A stretch of DNA of 64,000 bases, from contig NC_087263.1 in assembly GCF_037042905.1 (NCBI RefSeq), positions 15,192,001 through 15,256,000 on the forward strand, given 5' to 3'. A model generated the notes under the pieces. It made no database searches, had not been told where the DNA came from, and was given only the letters and a program-made list of their open reading frames with translations. Positions 1 through 13,572 of the stretch are shown here, one piece after another. Position 1 is the first letter of the stretch, and each line of letters starts with the position of its first letter. Source of the stretch: Lytechinus pictus. Taxonomy: Eukaryota. Made by a program: the position numbers and the translations under genes.

Positions 1-1509
1 ATTTCTTTCTCTGTCTCTGTTTCTCTCTCTCTCTCTCTCTCTTTCTCACTGTGTCTATCCTTCTGTCTCTCCCTCTCTCAAACACACTATATCTCTCTTT
101 ATATATCTGTATTAATTATTCAGGAAATTAAATCTACACCCACAGTTCAGCTAGGCACTATTCAAATCAACAACTGTAATTTAGAGTCTCCGCTCTTCAA
201 TATCTCACTGCACACCACAAAAACATTCCAACTTTAACCATTTTAAAGTAAGTTTCAAAATAATACAGTATCATCACTTTTCTTTTCTGACACAGCCGCT
301 AAAGTTCAAGAGTATTAGTCAGACTTGGGAAGCTGTTTCCAAGCTGTTCCCGACATGTGTTAGGGCAATAAGCAAATGTTATGGCAATGGAGGTAAACTC
401 CCTCCATCATTCAAACATGTGGTTTTTCTTTCGACAAAGGATAAAGATGACTTTGCAACTTGCCTTACCCCCCCCCCCCCTCCCCTTCCACAAACAAAAA
501 AATACAAAAAAGACCTCTAAATAAAAGAATGATGGAAAACAAAAGCGGTCGAGCCCGATCACATGAATGCTCTAACAGATTGCCAAATACGAGGCACATG
601 GATAGGCGATCCAATCGATGCGAAGGTCTCAAAAAGGTAAAGTGGCGTCGTTAATTGAATTGAGCGCGAGGTCATGTGATCCCGCTCACCCCGACTGTTG
701 ACGAGCCTCAAATTGGCAACACGCAAGTCATGTGAGCAATGTCCCGAAGTCGCGTTGTGTATCAGTGACTGATTAGAGAAAACAGAGTTAGGTTGGAGCG
801 ACATCATCGCTAACCTAATTGCCTACAGTAAACGGTAGAGTCAGTATCATCAACGATGAATTCAGTTGGGAGGTAGAAGGGTTAATTGATATCAATCGCA
901 CAAGGGCACAATTAGTCATCGAATTTGTCTCGATGTCTGTGATGTAACTAATATTACTTCTTTCAATGAACATTAATGCGCTGTTTTGCAATCATGATTG
1001 TCATTATACCTCCCTTCTGTTTTATCTTTATTCTCATCTGCTATACCAGAAAAATTATGTTCATCCATTCCCAACAAAGTTAGGCCATTCCATGATCAGA
1101 GCTGAAGTAAGGCGTGTTTATGCTTCTAAATTTTCAGGCCAGAACGAGGCGTTTTATATATTTAGTTTAAAAACAGGTGCTTCTTTTCTTGTTTTCATTC
1201 AAACGCTGCTCCTGAAAGCCGATCATGAACCGTAAACTGACAGTAAGGTGCATTAAGATCTCTGTTTCTCTAAAAAGACGGTTTTTCAAGGAAGATAAGT
1301 GGAACATTACTTCTAAAGATAGTTGCATCATAACATCTTGTGATAAGACCTTTGTGAATAGTGCAGTCAGGCAATAAAATATCTTCTGCATGAAGGAAAA
1401 AAGATATGCATAACCAATGGTTTGGCAGACAAGAGTGCTTTCACATCAATTTCTGGCTTGATGGGAGAAGCTTAGGGTATTACTGACAACATAGATTTAT
1501 ATTTCTTAC

Positions 1510-1567
1510 CTTAAAAGTTTCAGATCAACCATATCATATTCAATTTGACAGACATATTGGTACATAC
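1510..1567 (-). other. Candidate 58-nt cryptic/recursive-splicing exon (CAG|GTATGT ... AG|GTAAGA)
   Basis: Minus strand reads ttttatttttttctctccctctcttctctcgctctctttcttatgCAG|GTATGT at 1568/1567; downstream donor AAG|GTAAGA at 1510/1509. One frame is open (MYQYVCQIEYDMVDLKLL), the other two have stops. Confidence 0.55.
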
Positions 1568-2796
1568 CTGCATAAGAAAGAGAGCGAGAGAAGAGAGGGA
1601 GAGAAAAAAATAAAATTATCAAATTCAATGAATCAAAGAAAATCATAATAACATGTTCTACACTTGACAACTCATGTTCTAAGTATATGTGAACCTAAAT
1701 ACCTTGTATGAACTGTGTACATATACATCTATGCTGATGTTATTGTCCAAATGTTTGTGGACGGAAGCAATTACAATGTGAAGTAGCAATGTGCGGTGTG
1801 GAAGAGATAAAGATGTTCCTTTCCTTGATGTGGTAAAAAAAACTGTATTGCATCATCGAAGAAATCACAATCCTTCAAATCAATTCCAGTTACTTAAATT
1901 CGTCAGAAGGGGTCCTGTTAATGAATTAATTTCATTAATCATAACTTAATGAGGCTCATGAAAGGATAAGAAAAAAGGGAAAATATTTCAAACCAATATT
2001 GTAACAGAAATGTAATTATACAAAAGTAGCATTTATCAAAAGATAGATATACGTTAGTTCTATTGCATGAAACTCGTGTAAAAACTGCAAACGAATGTCA
2101 GCTCTGCAGTGAAACAAAACTGAATTTTGTTTAAAAATTATGTTGTTCGCGGTGACCCCAGGCACTGTAGTCATGCTTGGTTACCGAGCGTATCCCATTA
2201 CAATCAAGCGGGAGATATACTGTTGAATTATTAATGTACCCCTCCCCTATTACCCATCCAATTTTAAAAGACGATGCGAAAAACACAAAGGATGACTAAA
2301 TTCTGAAAAGACCATTTCTTGTTGAAAAATAATCATATCTCTAATGACATTTTGTTGTATTTAAGTACAATGTACCCTAACCACTGTCTGTCTTTGTTTA
2401 ATTGTGAAAGTAAAATATCAAGGATGATATGATTCTGGAAAGTTTGTTCATTGTGGGGAAAATAAAGCCCCAATGTTAAATTTCTTTTCTCACTCTCTGT
2501 TAATTTCTCTCTCATTTTCTGTATCTCTTTTTATCTGTCTCTATATCTATATCTCTCTTCCTCTCTATTTATCTCTCTTTCTTCTCTCTAACAATGTCAC
2601 ACTTTTTTTAATTTACATCGCTTTATTCTCATATTTTATCTTCTTCTCCCTTTCATCGTGCTTCCACCCCCCCCTCCCCTACTTCTCTCTCTATCTGTCT
2701 CTTCAACTAATCTACTCATTCTGCAACCATATTCTTCATATAATATCTTACTCTATTCTTTTATTTGTTGCCATTCTCCTCCTCAATATTTCCGTC

Positions 2797-3070
2797 CAGT
2801 CTCTTTTAATACGATGTACTTTTCAAAGAAACAAACTATGAATTATCCCAGTGTCTCTACAGCAATTCTTACACCTGTAAGTTCTATCATCAAAGATCTT
2901 ATGAGTAATGTTGATGGATAAAGGGAACAAAAACAGTCTCTTTTAATACGATGTACGTTTCAAAGAAACAAACTATAAATTCTCCCAGTGTCTCTACAGC
3001 AATTCTTACACCTGTAAGTTCTATCATCAAAGATCTTATGAGTAATGTTGATGGATAAAGGGAACAAAAA
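2797..3070 (+). repeat. Tandem duplication, 2 x 137 bp
   Basis: cagtctcttttaatacgatgtac...gataaagggaacaaaaa at 2797-2933 and 2934-3070, differing by only a few substitutions. Confidence 0.95.
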
Positions 3071-3719
3071 CATAAGGGGTTGGCTACCAGCTCAGGAATT
3101 GGTCCTGAATTATAGATGAAGATGGAAGACGGTGGCGAAAGAAACGGGATGAATTAAGCATCTTAGCAACGCATCATTAAACCCAAACAAAGAGAGCGGT
3201 CCCGACTTGTTAGAACGACTACCCGACTCTAACTGGTATGTGAGACGAATTGACTAGGAGCTATGGAACTTTTGATACGTCATACCAACCAAGATGGATG
3301 TCATCTGAATGGGAAGGCGATTTATGATCAGAATCTTTAACTTGTGAAGCTCGAAGAAAGATTAAAGAAAATGCTTCAACAGCAAAGCTGTGAGACAACA
3401 GCAATGTTCATGTAGTATTCATGTCTGAAATATAAATCTTAAATGATTGGAAATGAAACCCCCCCAAAAAACACTTTGAATTTCAACAAAATCAGATTAC
3501 ATCCAAATCTTCCTTTGCATTTAATTATGTTAAATCTTCTTATAATTCTTTTTTTTATTATTCATTTTTTTAATGTAAGTAGATGAAAAAGGTCTCTTTT
3601 TGTAAGAAAATAGGTTACACATCTTCCATATATGGTCCCACATTCATAGAGCACAAATGGTAGAATGTTCACTTACTGTGACAAAACTATTTCCTAGTAT
3701 TTACAACAAACATATACAT

Positions 3720-4100
3720 GCTCTCCCTTCCCTGGGGAACCTTAATGAAATAACTGTGGTGCTAGCATTGATGAGGCATAAATCCTTCTGCACTATTAAT
3801 TATCAGTAATAGATGCCCTGCCCACAACATATGCACATTCTCACTCCCTGGGGAGTTCCTACCATGTCACTATAGTGCTTGTAGTGCTAAGTTAACTACA
3901 ATGAGGATCTGTCAACACATTTCCATTCCCTGGGGAACATTTCATTGTGTTACTGAAATGCTTATTGTGCTAACGGTACGTATCCTACTGTCTCTATATA
4001 GGATTACAGCTTTTTCTGCACAAGATGTATGCACTATCCCCATTCCCTGGGGAGTATACTGTTAATTTACTATGGTCTTCACAATTGCTAGGTACATTCC
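3720..4100 (+). repeat. Old degenerate tandem array (~80-115 bp units)
   Basis: Recurring tccctgggga core near 3730, 3846, 3927 and 4045 with loosely similar flanks. Confidence 0.6.
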
Positions 4101-4205
4101 AATGATATCTGCACCCTACCTAACAGTTGTTAGTTTGTAAGTGACAGGTAGCAGTCATTATATAGAAGGTTTTAATCTATCTGACCTAGATGTGAAACAA
4201 CTTTA

Positions 4206-4449
4206 CACTGTAAAAACACCAGTGTTGATTTAACACCAGCCCAGTACCTATATCAGAAAACACCAGGAAAGGGTTGAAACAACACCAGTTAAGAATCAAA
4301 CTGATATTGGATTAACACTGATTAGTGTTGTTTAAATGCCTATCTGGTGTTAACTCTAAAACCAAACTGGTGTTGTTTCAACACCTCTCTGGTGTTTTCT
4401 GATAGAGATACCGGGCTGGTGTTAAATCAACACCAGTGTTTTACCGATG
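4206..4449. mobile_element. Foldback MITE with CACTG-type terminus, TA-flanked
   Basis: Left ta|cactgtaaaaacaccagtgttgatttaacaccagccc is mirrored by right gggctggtgttaaatcaacaccagtgttttaccgatg|ta; arms pair over most of the length. Confidence 0.85.
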
Positions 4450-4479
4450 TAATAATTAGGGGTCTGCTTCATAGTGACA

Positions 4480-4560
4480 TGGTTATGAAGTGCTAGTGGT
4501 CTAGAAGACTGCATGCTAAAGGTCGTAAGGTTAGGGGTTCAAATCCCAGTATGGCACTTT
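4480..4560 (+). mobile_element. Degenerate tRNA-derived SINE head
   Basis: A-box-like tagtggtctag and B-box ggttcaaatccc with tRNA-like spacing. Confidence 0.5.
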
Positions 4561-5094
4561 TCAGATTTATTTTGCAATTTCGAGGAAAAAGATTCTTCAA
4601 CGCCATTCTGTACAGTCCATAGCTTTAAAAATCGATTAATAAAAATAAATGACCCCTCCCCCCAAAAAAAAGAAAAAAGAAAATGCTATGCAACTCCATC
4701 TTGTGTGTAACAGTTATACTAAAGTAGCAAATTTCAAGGTAATATAGAACAATTATTCCACATGAACTGGCATGCAATATTAATGATACCCTGAATCATT
4801 TATGATAAATGAAACAACAGAATTACAGACTGCATTTGTCACAATACGATATTCAATTTGTTGAAGACGTATAAAGTGAACATACTTGGCTGATCCCCCA
4901 AGCTCAACTAAGCTACATGTAGATTACATTAGCGACAAAAACCCAGAGGTAATTAGCACTTATTTTCAATGACTCATTTAATTGGGCATTTTACAGATCC
5001 CCTAGGCATGATACACTCGTATGTTACCCAAGCAGGGTAAGAAAGGAAGTAAGTCACGATAAAATAATAATGACTTGTGTATAGCATTGAGGGA

Positions 5095-5243
5095 GAGGGG
5101 TTGTGGTCCAGTGGATTAGTCTCTGGACTTTGGAACAGAATGACACGGGTTCAAATCCCAGCCATGGCGTAAGTTACTTCAGCAAGAGATTAATTCATAA
5201 TGTGTTGGTCTCAACCCAGGCGATGAAAACGAGTGCCTGGCAT
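5095..5243 (+). mobile_element. tRNA-derived SINE (family A), 3'-truncated
   Basis: gtggtccagtggattagtctctggactttg...gggttcaaatcccagccatggcg...ctcaacccagg, homologous to the copies at 12.2, 32.2 and 59.5 kb. Confidence 0.85.
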
Positions 5244-7368
5244 GATTAATTGCATTTAATTAATAAGTGTTATCCACATTAATTATATTATACTTCATTG
5301 ATACTTTAATAATTCGTAATTATCCATTCTGCTCATAATATGATTATATGGTTAATATATGTTTCGGTTTGTCATATTTTTCAAGCATTTTTTGCTTACA
5401 ATGGCAATCCATCTTCTGCTACTATATGCCTGCTTTATTGTCAATATATATATTTGTTATATCTATGTTATATTATATTGTTATGTAGAAGAAAAATCAA
5501 ATCAAATCAAAAATCAAATCAGTCCAAAAATAGCTACATTTATCACAATTGTTCGTAAATAATAAAAAAAGAATGGCCACGAAAGGAATAAACACTAACG
5601 CTCATAATTTCAAGTATAGTAACAGAAAAAAACATATTCAAGAATTATTCTCAATATTACATGGTGAAAGTGAGCAGAAGATGGAATTCTGGGTCAACCT
5701 TTTTTCTGTCTTTCCTGAAAAAATGAAATCAAACACAATTTTTTTGTAAATCAATAATTTCTGCATCATCGTGATATCAGAGTGGTTTTTAACGAAGTTC
5801 CGATCAATAAAGTCCATCAGAAAATTTGGTAATCCTCCTAAGAATGATAATAGCGGTCAAATATGACTCACACAGAACGCAGTTGGTCATTAAATGAAGA
5901 GCGTCCAACAACAATAATGAAGATGATGCAAACGAGTAGACTAGCCGGCAGAGAGAGGGTAATTTAAAGAGAATATAAAAACCTCTGATATATTTTATAT
6001 AAGCTTTTTAATAGTCGTTGACATAAGAAAGAAGAAACTTATGGTATTTTGCAAAAGCTGAGACCATCCTAAAAAGACTAAATGAAACAATTCCTGCCCT
6101 TCCTGCCAAATGTTAAACAAATAAAACATTAATTTTGCTAATAGGACTACTGCAAATATTTAAAAGACAAAAGAACATATTTCCAAATCATTCATACAGA
6201 CAGAATCCTATAAGCTTAAACTTTTGCAAATGCTAGTAGCGAATTGACAACATATTAGCTATTAATTGTCATAAAGTGAAGAGGTTGTTGCAATATTACC
6301 AAGCCATAATTATAACCTCCTTCAAGCCTCGCATCCAGATATATTATCTCTTTAAATAATTTTTTTTCTCAAATATTCCCTTTTTTTTAAAGTGATAATT
6401 TTAAGGGGAAACTAGAAATCGAAAGGGGAAAAAATTAAGTTTTCTACTTTGCCCAAGGATAACTGTCTCTTTAAACGAAGCAAGCGTTGGAATGAGCATG
6501 TCTGGCGACTGGTGGTAGCTTCAAAAGCAAACCGGGAAAGGAAATAAAAATCAATATATTAACAATGGGATTATGATTAAGACTAGGAGAGGAGAATTAC
6601 TACAAACCCACTTCACACCTGAAAATACGGGGGCTACAGAAGCTTAATAGTGCAATTTACTTGACGGGATAGAAGGATATTTTCATCTTGCCGAGTCAAC
6701 CTAATATAGCATCATTACGCATGCCAATATGTTACCTTCCCAAGTCGATTTAATAGTCTTATTTTGTTAACATGGGAAGTTTTTTTTTTCCTGCCATGTT
6801 ATCTTAATACAATAGCACTAGAAAGTCAACAAAAGTGAGATACATCATCTTGCCTAATTTACTTACAAAACGTTATGTTAACACTGTCATGGCAAGTTAG
6901 CAGAAAACAATAATGTAACCTGCCAATACAATACATAACTTTTTTATAAGTCGTCTTACTTGGCAAGATAACACATCTGCTATCTCACCAAGTATATGAC
7001 ACTTTAAAGCTTTGCCCCTCCATGTTGTGCTTCCTGAAACTTTTTGGTCGAATTACACTAAACTGTGGTAAGTGTAACTGAATCTAGATTTGGTTAAGAC
7101 CTTAAGCTGAGGACCGATCCAGATTGCGCTCGATTCTGAACAGGGCGAACCAAACACATAGTGGAATTTCCCTTTACCAGGCGTTGCCGAAATTAAGCAG
7201 CGTGACGCAATTCTCGTCCATCTTGCGCTCGTCTCTTCCTACACCTTACACATCTCTCACAGCTACGACTAATCGACCATTCGCTAGCTGGATGACATTT
7301 TTTCACCCTGCGTTTTAGTCATGGCCAACCTTAAGTGGCTAAGCAGTAGGATAATGTAGTCGATATCG

Positions 7369-7497
7369 GGGTCCCGTGACACAAAGGTTAGCGATTATTC
7401 GTACGCTTGATTTTCACGATTGATTGTACATTGCAGTCAGTGCAATCAATCGTAACAAAATGTCCTAGGTTGACTGCTAAGGTTTGTGTTACGGGCC
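7369..7497 (+). mobile_element. ~130-bp MITE (GGGNCCCGT..ACACAAAG TIRs; PIF/Harbinger-like)
   Basis: TIRs gggtcccgtgacacaaagg / tttgtgttacgggcc; highly similar copy at 43499-43628. Confidence 0.8.
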
Positions 7498-8839
7498 TCA
7501 GAAATGCAATTATCCCAATGTCCCGACCTTGGGAGGTGTAGGCGACCCATGCTGAAGCGACTGACAACGGGATTAACTCATCGGGACTAGGCGGATAATA
7601 CCAAGGATTTGGAATTATGATGTTACAGGAAGCATGACATGTATGCATCAGCCTGGTGGATTTCTGCAGAAATGGTGGACTGCATAATGTCAGACTTGTG
7701 GTTGATGAAAGTCATGGCAAAAGAGTCTCACCCTTTAAATTTTGTCATTTTATAGGTGGTCTAGATGAGGAATGAAATTGGAATTCAAGTTTGCACAAAG
7801 TTTTGGTAAATGGTCAATAATGTGAATAATATACTTAAGTATCATCAAACATCCCGATCTTACCAAGTGGTAGTGTCCACCGAATGTTTTTTTTTCAACC
7901 AATGATTCTTTATAAGACTTTGAAATTTGATTTTTAAAATATCTAGTATCCTCTTCCCTTTTTTTTTTTTACTTTTTATTTTGCTTTTAAAAAATGCCCC
8001 CTGAGCATGAATCATTTTTCAAAAAATCTTCAAAAAGTATATCCTGAAATTTTCAACAACTCACAGTCACATTACATGTATACACATGTGTGTGAGGGTG
8101 TGTTTGTACATGTGTATCATTTTATTACTGTCAACTGATTTCTGATTTTCCAATATCAGTTATTTTGAATAATAATGTTTCAAATGACGACCCAATTAAT
8201 TGGCACCCTTCATAATGTGATCAGTGCCTCTACCGGAATAAGAGCTATCTGAAATAATCTGAAGAATTTGGGATAAAATGGTCTTAAATCTAGGTCCAGC
8301 AGTAAATTCCATCTAAGTAAACTGAGATCATCCCTTGACATTGACATGAACAGCTGGAGGTCAACGTAAGGACTACATGTACCTTTAAAGCCACAGGGGG
8401 GGCAACTGTTATTTGGTTAATATCAAGAATTTTTTTTTTCTTTTTTAGTTAGAAGCCAATGATACAATATTAAATAAATGAAAAGTAACATTTATATAGA
8501 TCCATTTATGCTCAATATCATACTGTTTTTTTGTTTTACGAAGTATGAATGCTCGTCTGTAAAATTGTACTTGATTTATATTACTTTATATTACTTTGTA
8601 TTATGTTTTGAATTGAAATGGAATAAAGAATTCAATCGAATTGAATTATATTGGATGGCTCAGAATGGAATACAAGAAATATTCCAAGAGTTTGGACAAA
8701 TATTCCACAAATCGCAGATGAGTAAAATAACTTAATCAAATTGAAGCAGAATAATATTCAAAGCTCAAATTCAATGTCAGACAAATGAAATATACCATTC
8801 AACAAAAACATGATGCATAAAATATGATACTGAAATCAA

Positions 8840-9248
8840 TTAAATTGGGTGAATTTTGATAGTTTTGGTAACGATATCAAAATGAGTTAGTACAGAATCC
8901 AATGAAATGACCACCAAAGTATCTGTTTGTATAAATAAAACGCATGTGCCAAAGGATTCTGGAAGAAATTGTGTAATTGCTGAGAAATCAGCAAATAAGC
9001 ACAGGATTCGGGTAGAGCGTCGGGCCCGACGCTCAAAGCAATAATTATACACTGTCCCACGTGCGCTTATCTGTGTTGGGGAAGTTCAGTCTGAACATTT
9101 TTCAGCGTAGATTTCAAGATTTCACAAAGTTCAGTTTATGTAACTGTACCAGATCTAGATCCTCGATGATATACTGACAATTAAGCCTGGTTTTACAGAC
9201 TTTCTCATGAAATCAGTGTTTACTGCAACTACTGGAATTTCTCTTTAA
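8840..9248. mobile_element. TTAA-bounded non-autonomous element (Kolobok-like), left end degenerate
   Basis: Right end ctggaatttctct|ttaa; CpG-bearing interior with a perfect 20-bp palindrome gagcgtcgggcccgacgctc (9015-9034). Confidence 0.55.
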
Positions 9249-12247
9249 ATAAAAATATTTTCAATAAGAATGTAGAACTTGTGTTGATGAACCAAGTTCT
9301 TATCATCTGGGCAAAGTTACCATGCAACCAAAATACTTAGTAGAAGAAATAGCATGGAATGTTTGAAAAATGGTATTTCATGCATGACATCCCAATATCA
9401 CACCAAACAACCAAAAAAAAAACAAAAAAAAATGGAGGATAAAAATTCCCAGACAAAAAGAAACTTTGAACAATTTTTAATGGGGGGGGGGGGGGCATTG
9501 AGGAGCGAAATGAAAAATATGAAAATGGCATATTATGACGTCCAAATATCAAACCAAACCACCAAATAATCAAAGAGGGGGAAAAATGGAAGATAAAAAT
9601 TCCCAGACAGAATGAAAATTTGAACAATTTGTGACCGATGGGCTGGGGACGTCCAGTGGGGGGGGGGGGGCAGGTGGGATGGTGAGAAAACGAAAAAAGA
9701 GAAATTGGCACCTGCCACACATATGAAACCGCAGTCACGCAATACACAAATGGATCGGAAAATCCACGGGACCAGGGATGATGAGAAAAGAAGATGTTTG
9801 GAAAAAGGAGAGTTGAGTTATGATAGCTTACAGGAATTATTTTACTGCAAACAAAATATTTGAAACCCTTGTAAGCTAAATGGCCAGCAAACTATAGAAT
9901 GATTTTTTTTTTGCTCGAAATGGGACCTGCATATAAGGTTCTGAGAGATACAAAAAAAAAATTAACAAAATAAATTTAAACTAATTGAATAGAAGATGCT
10001 CCGAAATTGCCATAATAGGTGAATATATTTTACTTGACATTATTCTTTTCTGTGTGATTCAGAAGAAATATATACCTCACAAACCACCATTTTAAAAAAG
10101 GTCAGGATCATATTATTGCTGTATATGGCCTGAAAGAGTACTTTCTCCCAAGGAATTTGATACCATACTTATTTATCATTATTTTCTCTTTTATGCTATT
10201 AAATCATTGAAAGAAAGAAATGTATTTACATCTGGTTGTGCTCCGTCAATATTTTTTGACAAAGTATGTCAATGATATTAACAATAAAATTTTGATGAAA
10301 GGAGTCTGGACGCATACTGTTGTTGCCTTGGAAATCATCCACTGCACATACATATCAAAAGAGCAAAGTCTAAGAAAATTTACATCTGCGCCCCTCTTTT
10401 TAAAAACTTTGAACATTTGACGTTTGCGCCCCTTTTTTTTAAATCCTGGACCGCCACTGCTGTTTTTGCCCTGAAACTGTATCAGAACCACGCTCTTCAT
10501 TAAAGACATTGACAAGAGAATCTCTAAAAAAGTCTAAACCATGTATCGGAATGGCCCGCAGTAGCGCAGGGACTAGTCGCTCGTGAAACAAATTGAGATA
10601 AATTGGATTGGAGGTAAATGAAGTGGAAGTCATGGAAAGGTGGAAGAAAAAAGAACAGAGAGTGACCTAAATATGAATTAAGGTATGTGTATGGAATTTG
10701 TTATGAAGAGAAAGAGAGAAGAGGAAGCAGAGAGGGAGGAAGAGAGAGGGAGAGATAGAAACAGAGAGGGGGAGAGAGAGCAAAAACAGCAAGGGAGTGT
10801 AAACAAGTAATATGTAGCTGAATAAAAACATAAGAAATAAAGAATGGGGAGAAAACAAGTACATGTTAAATATGTAAAAACATGGTTACGATAGAAAAAT
10901 AATGAAATAATATAACAACGTTCATAGAATGCTGAAAAAAGAGAGTTTTATAAGAGAAGTACAGAAAAAGAGAGAGGGACAGAGAGGTAAAAAGGGGGGG
11001 GGTTGAGAAAGGGTCTAATTTTGTGCATGCAAGAGAAGAAAGAGTTAAGATAGAGAGAGAAAAAAAACAGAATGATGGAGGGAGAGAGACAAAGAAAGAC
11101 AGAGAGAGACAGACAGACAGCAGGAGAATGAACTGTATCATATCTGGCAATCTACAAAAGGGGGAAGCAGTGAGAGAGATCAAATCAAAGATCTAGCTGA
11201 GAGAAAAGGGAAAAAGTCAAAATATGAAAATAATAAAAAATCATCAAAGATGCACATGTGGGACTACAAGGAAGGGGAGCGGGGGGAAAAAGGCCCGATG
11301 CTAAATTAGATTTATGATGAATTAGTTCGACTATGGGGAAATTTACCCTCCGTTATGACTCATCCCGAATGATTGGTCGGAAATATTACGGCATGTCCCC
11401 CACTTCAGTTTTCCTCATATCTTTTTATCTTCCCTGACTCCATAGACGGGGGAAATTAAAAGCCGGGATGGGCTGATTGGGACGGTGGTGTAGTAACGTT
11501 GTTCGGTTCTTGACCTATGGTGTCCTCAAAGCATCAATGCTCATACATGTTGAGTATGTGTACTTGAACTTGATCTATATATAAGTATCTTATTTACCTT
11601 TTCACCCGTTTCTTTCTCACTACTCTTTGCTAGAGTATATATGTAATGCGCTTTTTCCCACAAGATACAAAGTGCTTTGAGAAACCATCTTCAACTTTTT
11701 CTCATTCTGTAAGTTTTACAATAATCTCCTTATAAGATGTAATGCTTTCAAGAAAACAGAAAACTAGGGAATTCAGATCAAGTCCATTGCCTTCAATCAC
11801 AAATGAAAACAGTAATAAATGATTCAGACCTCATCCTTTCCCAAAAGGCAACCCCCTTCCAGATAATACCCCCTTTCCCCTTCCCCATGCAAATATTGCT
11901 AGGATATGATGAGCTCCTAAGAAGGAGGGTTTTATAATGCCCCCTTTCCCCTCCTACCTCTCCCAATAGCTCCTTGCTCTCCCTCAAGCCCCCATGCAAA
12001 TATTGCTAGGATTTACACTCTGCTAAAAAGCAGGAGGGATTTATCCATTTGAGTGCTTGTGTCTGATTTTCTTGTTCTATTTCTATTAATATGAAAGACC
12101 TCAGAGCTTTGAGTTATTAAATTTGTATTTGGGATTAGCTCTTCCTCTCATGAAATATTTAAAATAAAACCAAAAAATGTCCCTAATGACGTAGCGTTAG
12201 GGCGGCCTAGATCTAGTATTTACACTGCTTATCTCATGGTATTTCGT

Positions 12248-12545
12248 GGAGCGTCGTGGCTCAGTGGATAAGTCTCCGGACTTTGAAACAGAGGGTCGTG
12301 GGTTCAAATCCCAGCCATGGTGTAGTTTCCTTCAGCAAGGAATTTATCCACAGTGTGCTGCACTCAACCCAGGTGAGGTAAATGGGTACCAGCAGGAAGT
12401 TATTCCTCAAAAAGCTGTGTGCACCTGAATAGGTAGCCTAGCTTAGCCAGGTAATAATAATAGCAGGGCCCGCTGGGAGAACAGTTTTCAGAACTAAAGC
12501 AGCTACCCTGGGTAAATATACCGTTATTATAATTATGATTATTGT
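12248..12545 (+). mobile_element. Full-length tRNA-derived SINE (family A), tail type 1
   Basis: A/B boxes (gtggctcagtgg, ggttcaaatccc), central block tgtgctgcactcaacccaggtgaggtaaatgggtacc, tail gggcccgctgggagaacag..., (TTA)-like end. Confidence 0.92.
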
Positions 12546-13274
12546 TGTATTTATCATGTGCATTGCAGGGACTGAGGTATCAATTAATAATAATACTCTG
12601 GAAAATACCATTTACTAATTTATTTGTTAAATAAGTAAAGGAGAAGACTTAAATCTGTAGTCTCTTTTCTAACATTGTATTGTGCACTTGAGAAATGTTA
12701 TCTATTTTGTATTGATGTTTCTTTGTGTAAGAGTATTGCTTTAATTGTAAAGAAAAGACCAATATTGTAAATTTACCCACATAAAAGTAAGGGGCAACCC
12801 TGTGTATAATTTGGTATTAATAAATGATACAGAAAGAAATTAATGTAGTAATGTTTTAAACATTGATAAATAAAAGAAATCCCTATTACAAAATAAACAA
12901 ATCAACAAAAATGAATTAATAGGACTAAAGGAATTAAACATTAGATAATACCACTTGATAAACTCAGCAAGCTTTAAGAGATCATTTGACAGATATAGAA
13001 AAGCTATAATTGCTCACGCTTAAAGCAAAAAGTTTTGCTGAGAAAAGAACCATAGGACAGATGGTTTTCTATCATTTCCAAGGGACTGTGTATAAAGCAT
13101 AATAGGCAGACAATCATCAAATTGCAAAAACACAAGACAAACCAAACAGATCTATAAAATCAGCTTTCAGATCTTGAAAATATTCCTGACGGGGGCACAA
13201 AGTATATAGCTGAAATAAATCTAAATGAGAACTGGACTCCAGATTGTTCATTTTCTACAATGTAATGTATTTGC

Positions 13275-13568
13275 AGAAAAGAAAGATTTTATATCATTTT
13301 TTTTAAGTTGTGTAAATGTTCTGCCCAAACATTCTTATCACATGTAGATATGAATGTATTTTGGTAAAACAGCAAAAAATTGTTAAATTTCAACTACAGA
13401 GGGAGCTATTCATATTTCCTGAGAGAGAAAATTTGCATACGGCGAGATGTACGAGGCACCACCTTAACAAACAAAACAAAAAGAACCAAAACAGTCTGAA
13501 CATAAACCATCGGGAAGCCAAAGAGGGAGACATTTCAATTGACTTATGTTCCAAATTAATTCATATCC
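13275..13568 (+). repeat. Copy 1 of a diverged ~290-bp local duplication (copy 2 at ~19215-19500)
   Basis: Shared blocks ttcttatcacatgtagatatgaa, tacagagggagctattcatatttcctgagagaga and gaacataaaccatcg.gaagccaaagagggagacatttcaa. Confidence 0.85.
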
Positions 13569-13572
13569 TTAA

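Noticed and set aside
7100..7335. TTAA-bounded CpG-rich segment as a transposon
   Set aside because: No convincing terminal inverted repeats; identity left unresolved.
8391..8406. CTCF-like motif (also ~59408)
   Set aside because: Core spacing does not fit the consensus.
12248..12325. tRNA gene (TTG anticodon-like loop), also at 32249 and 59526
   Set aside because: The acceptor stem is poor and each continues into a shared SINE body and tail.
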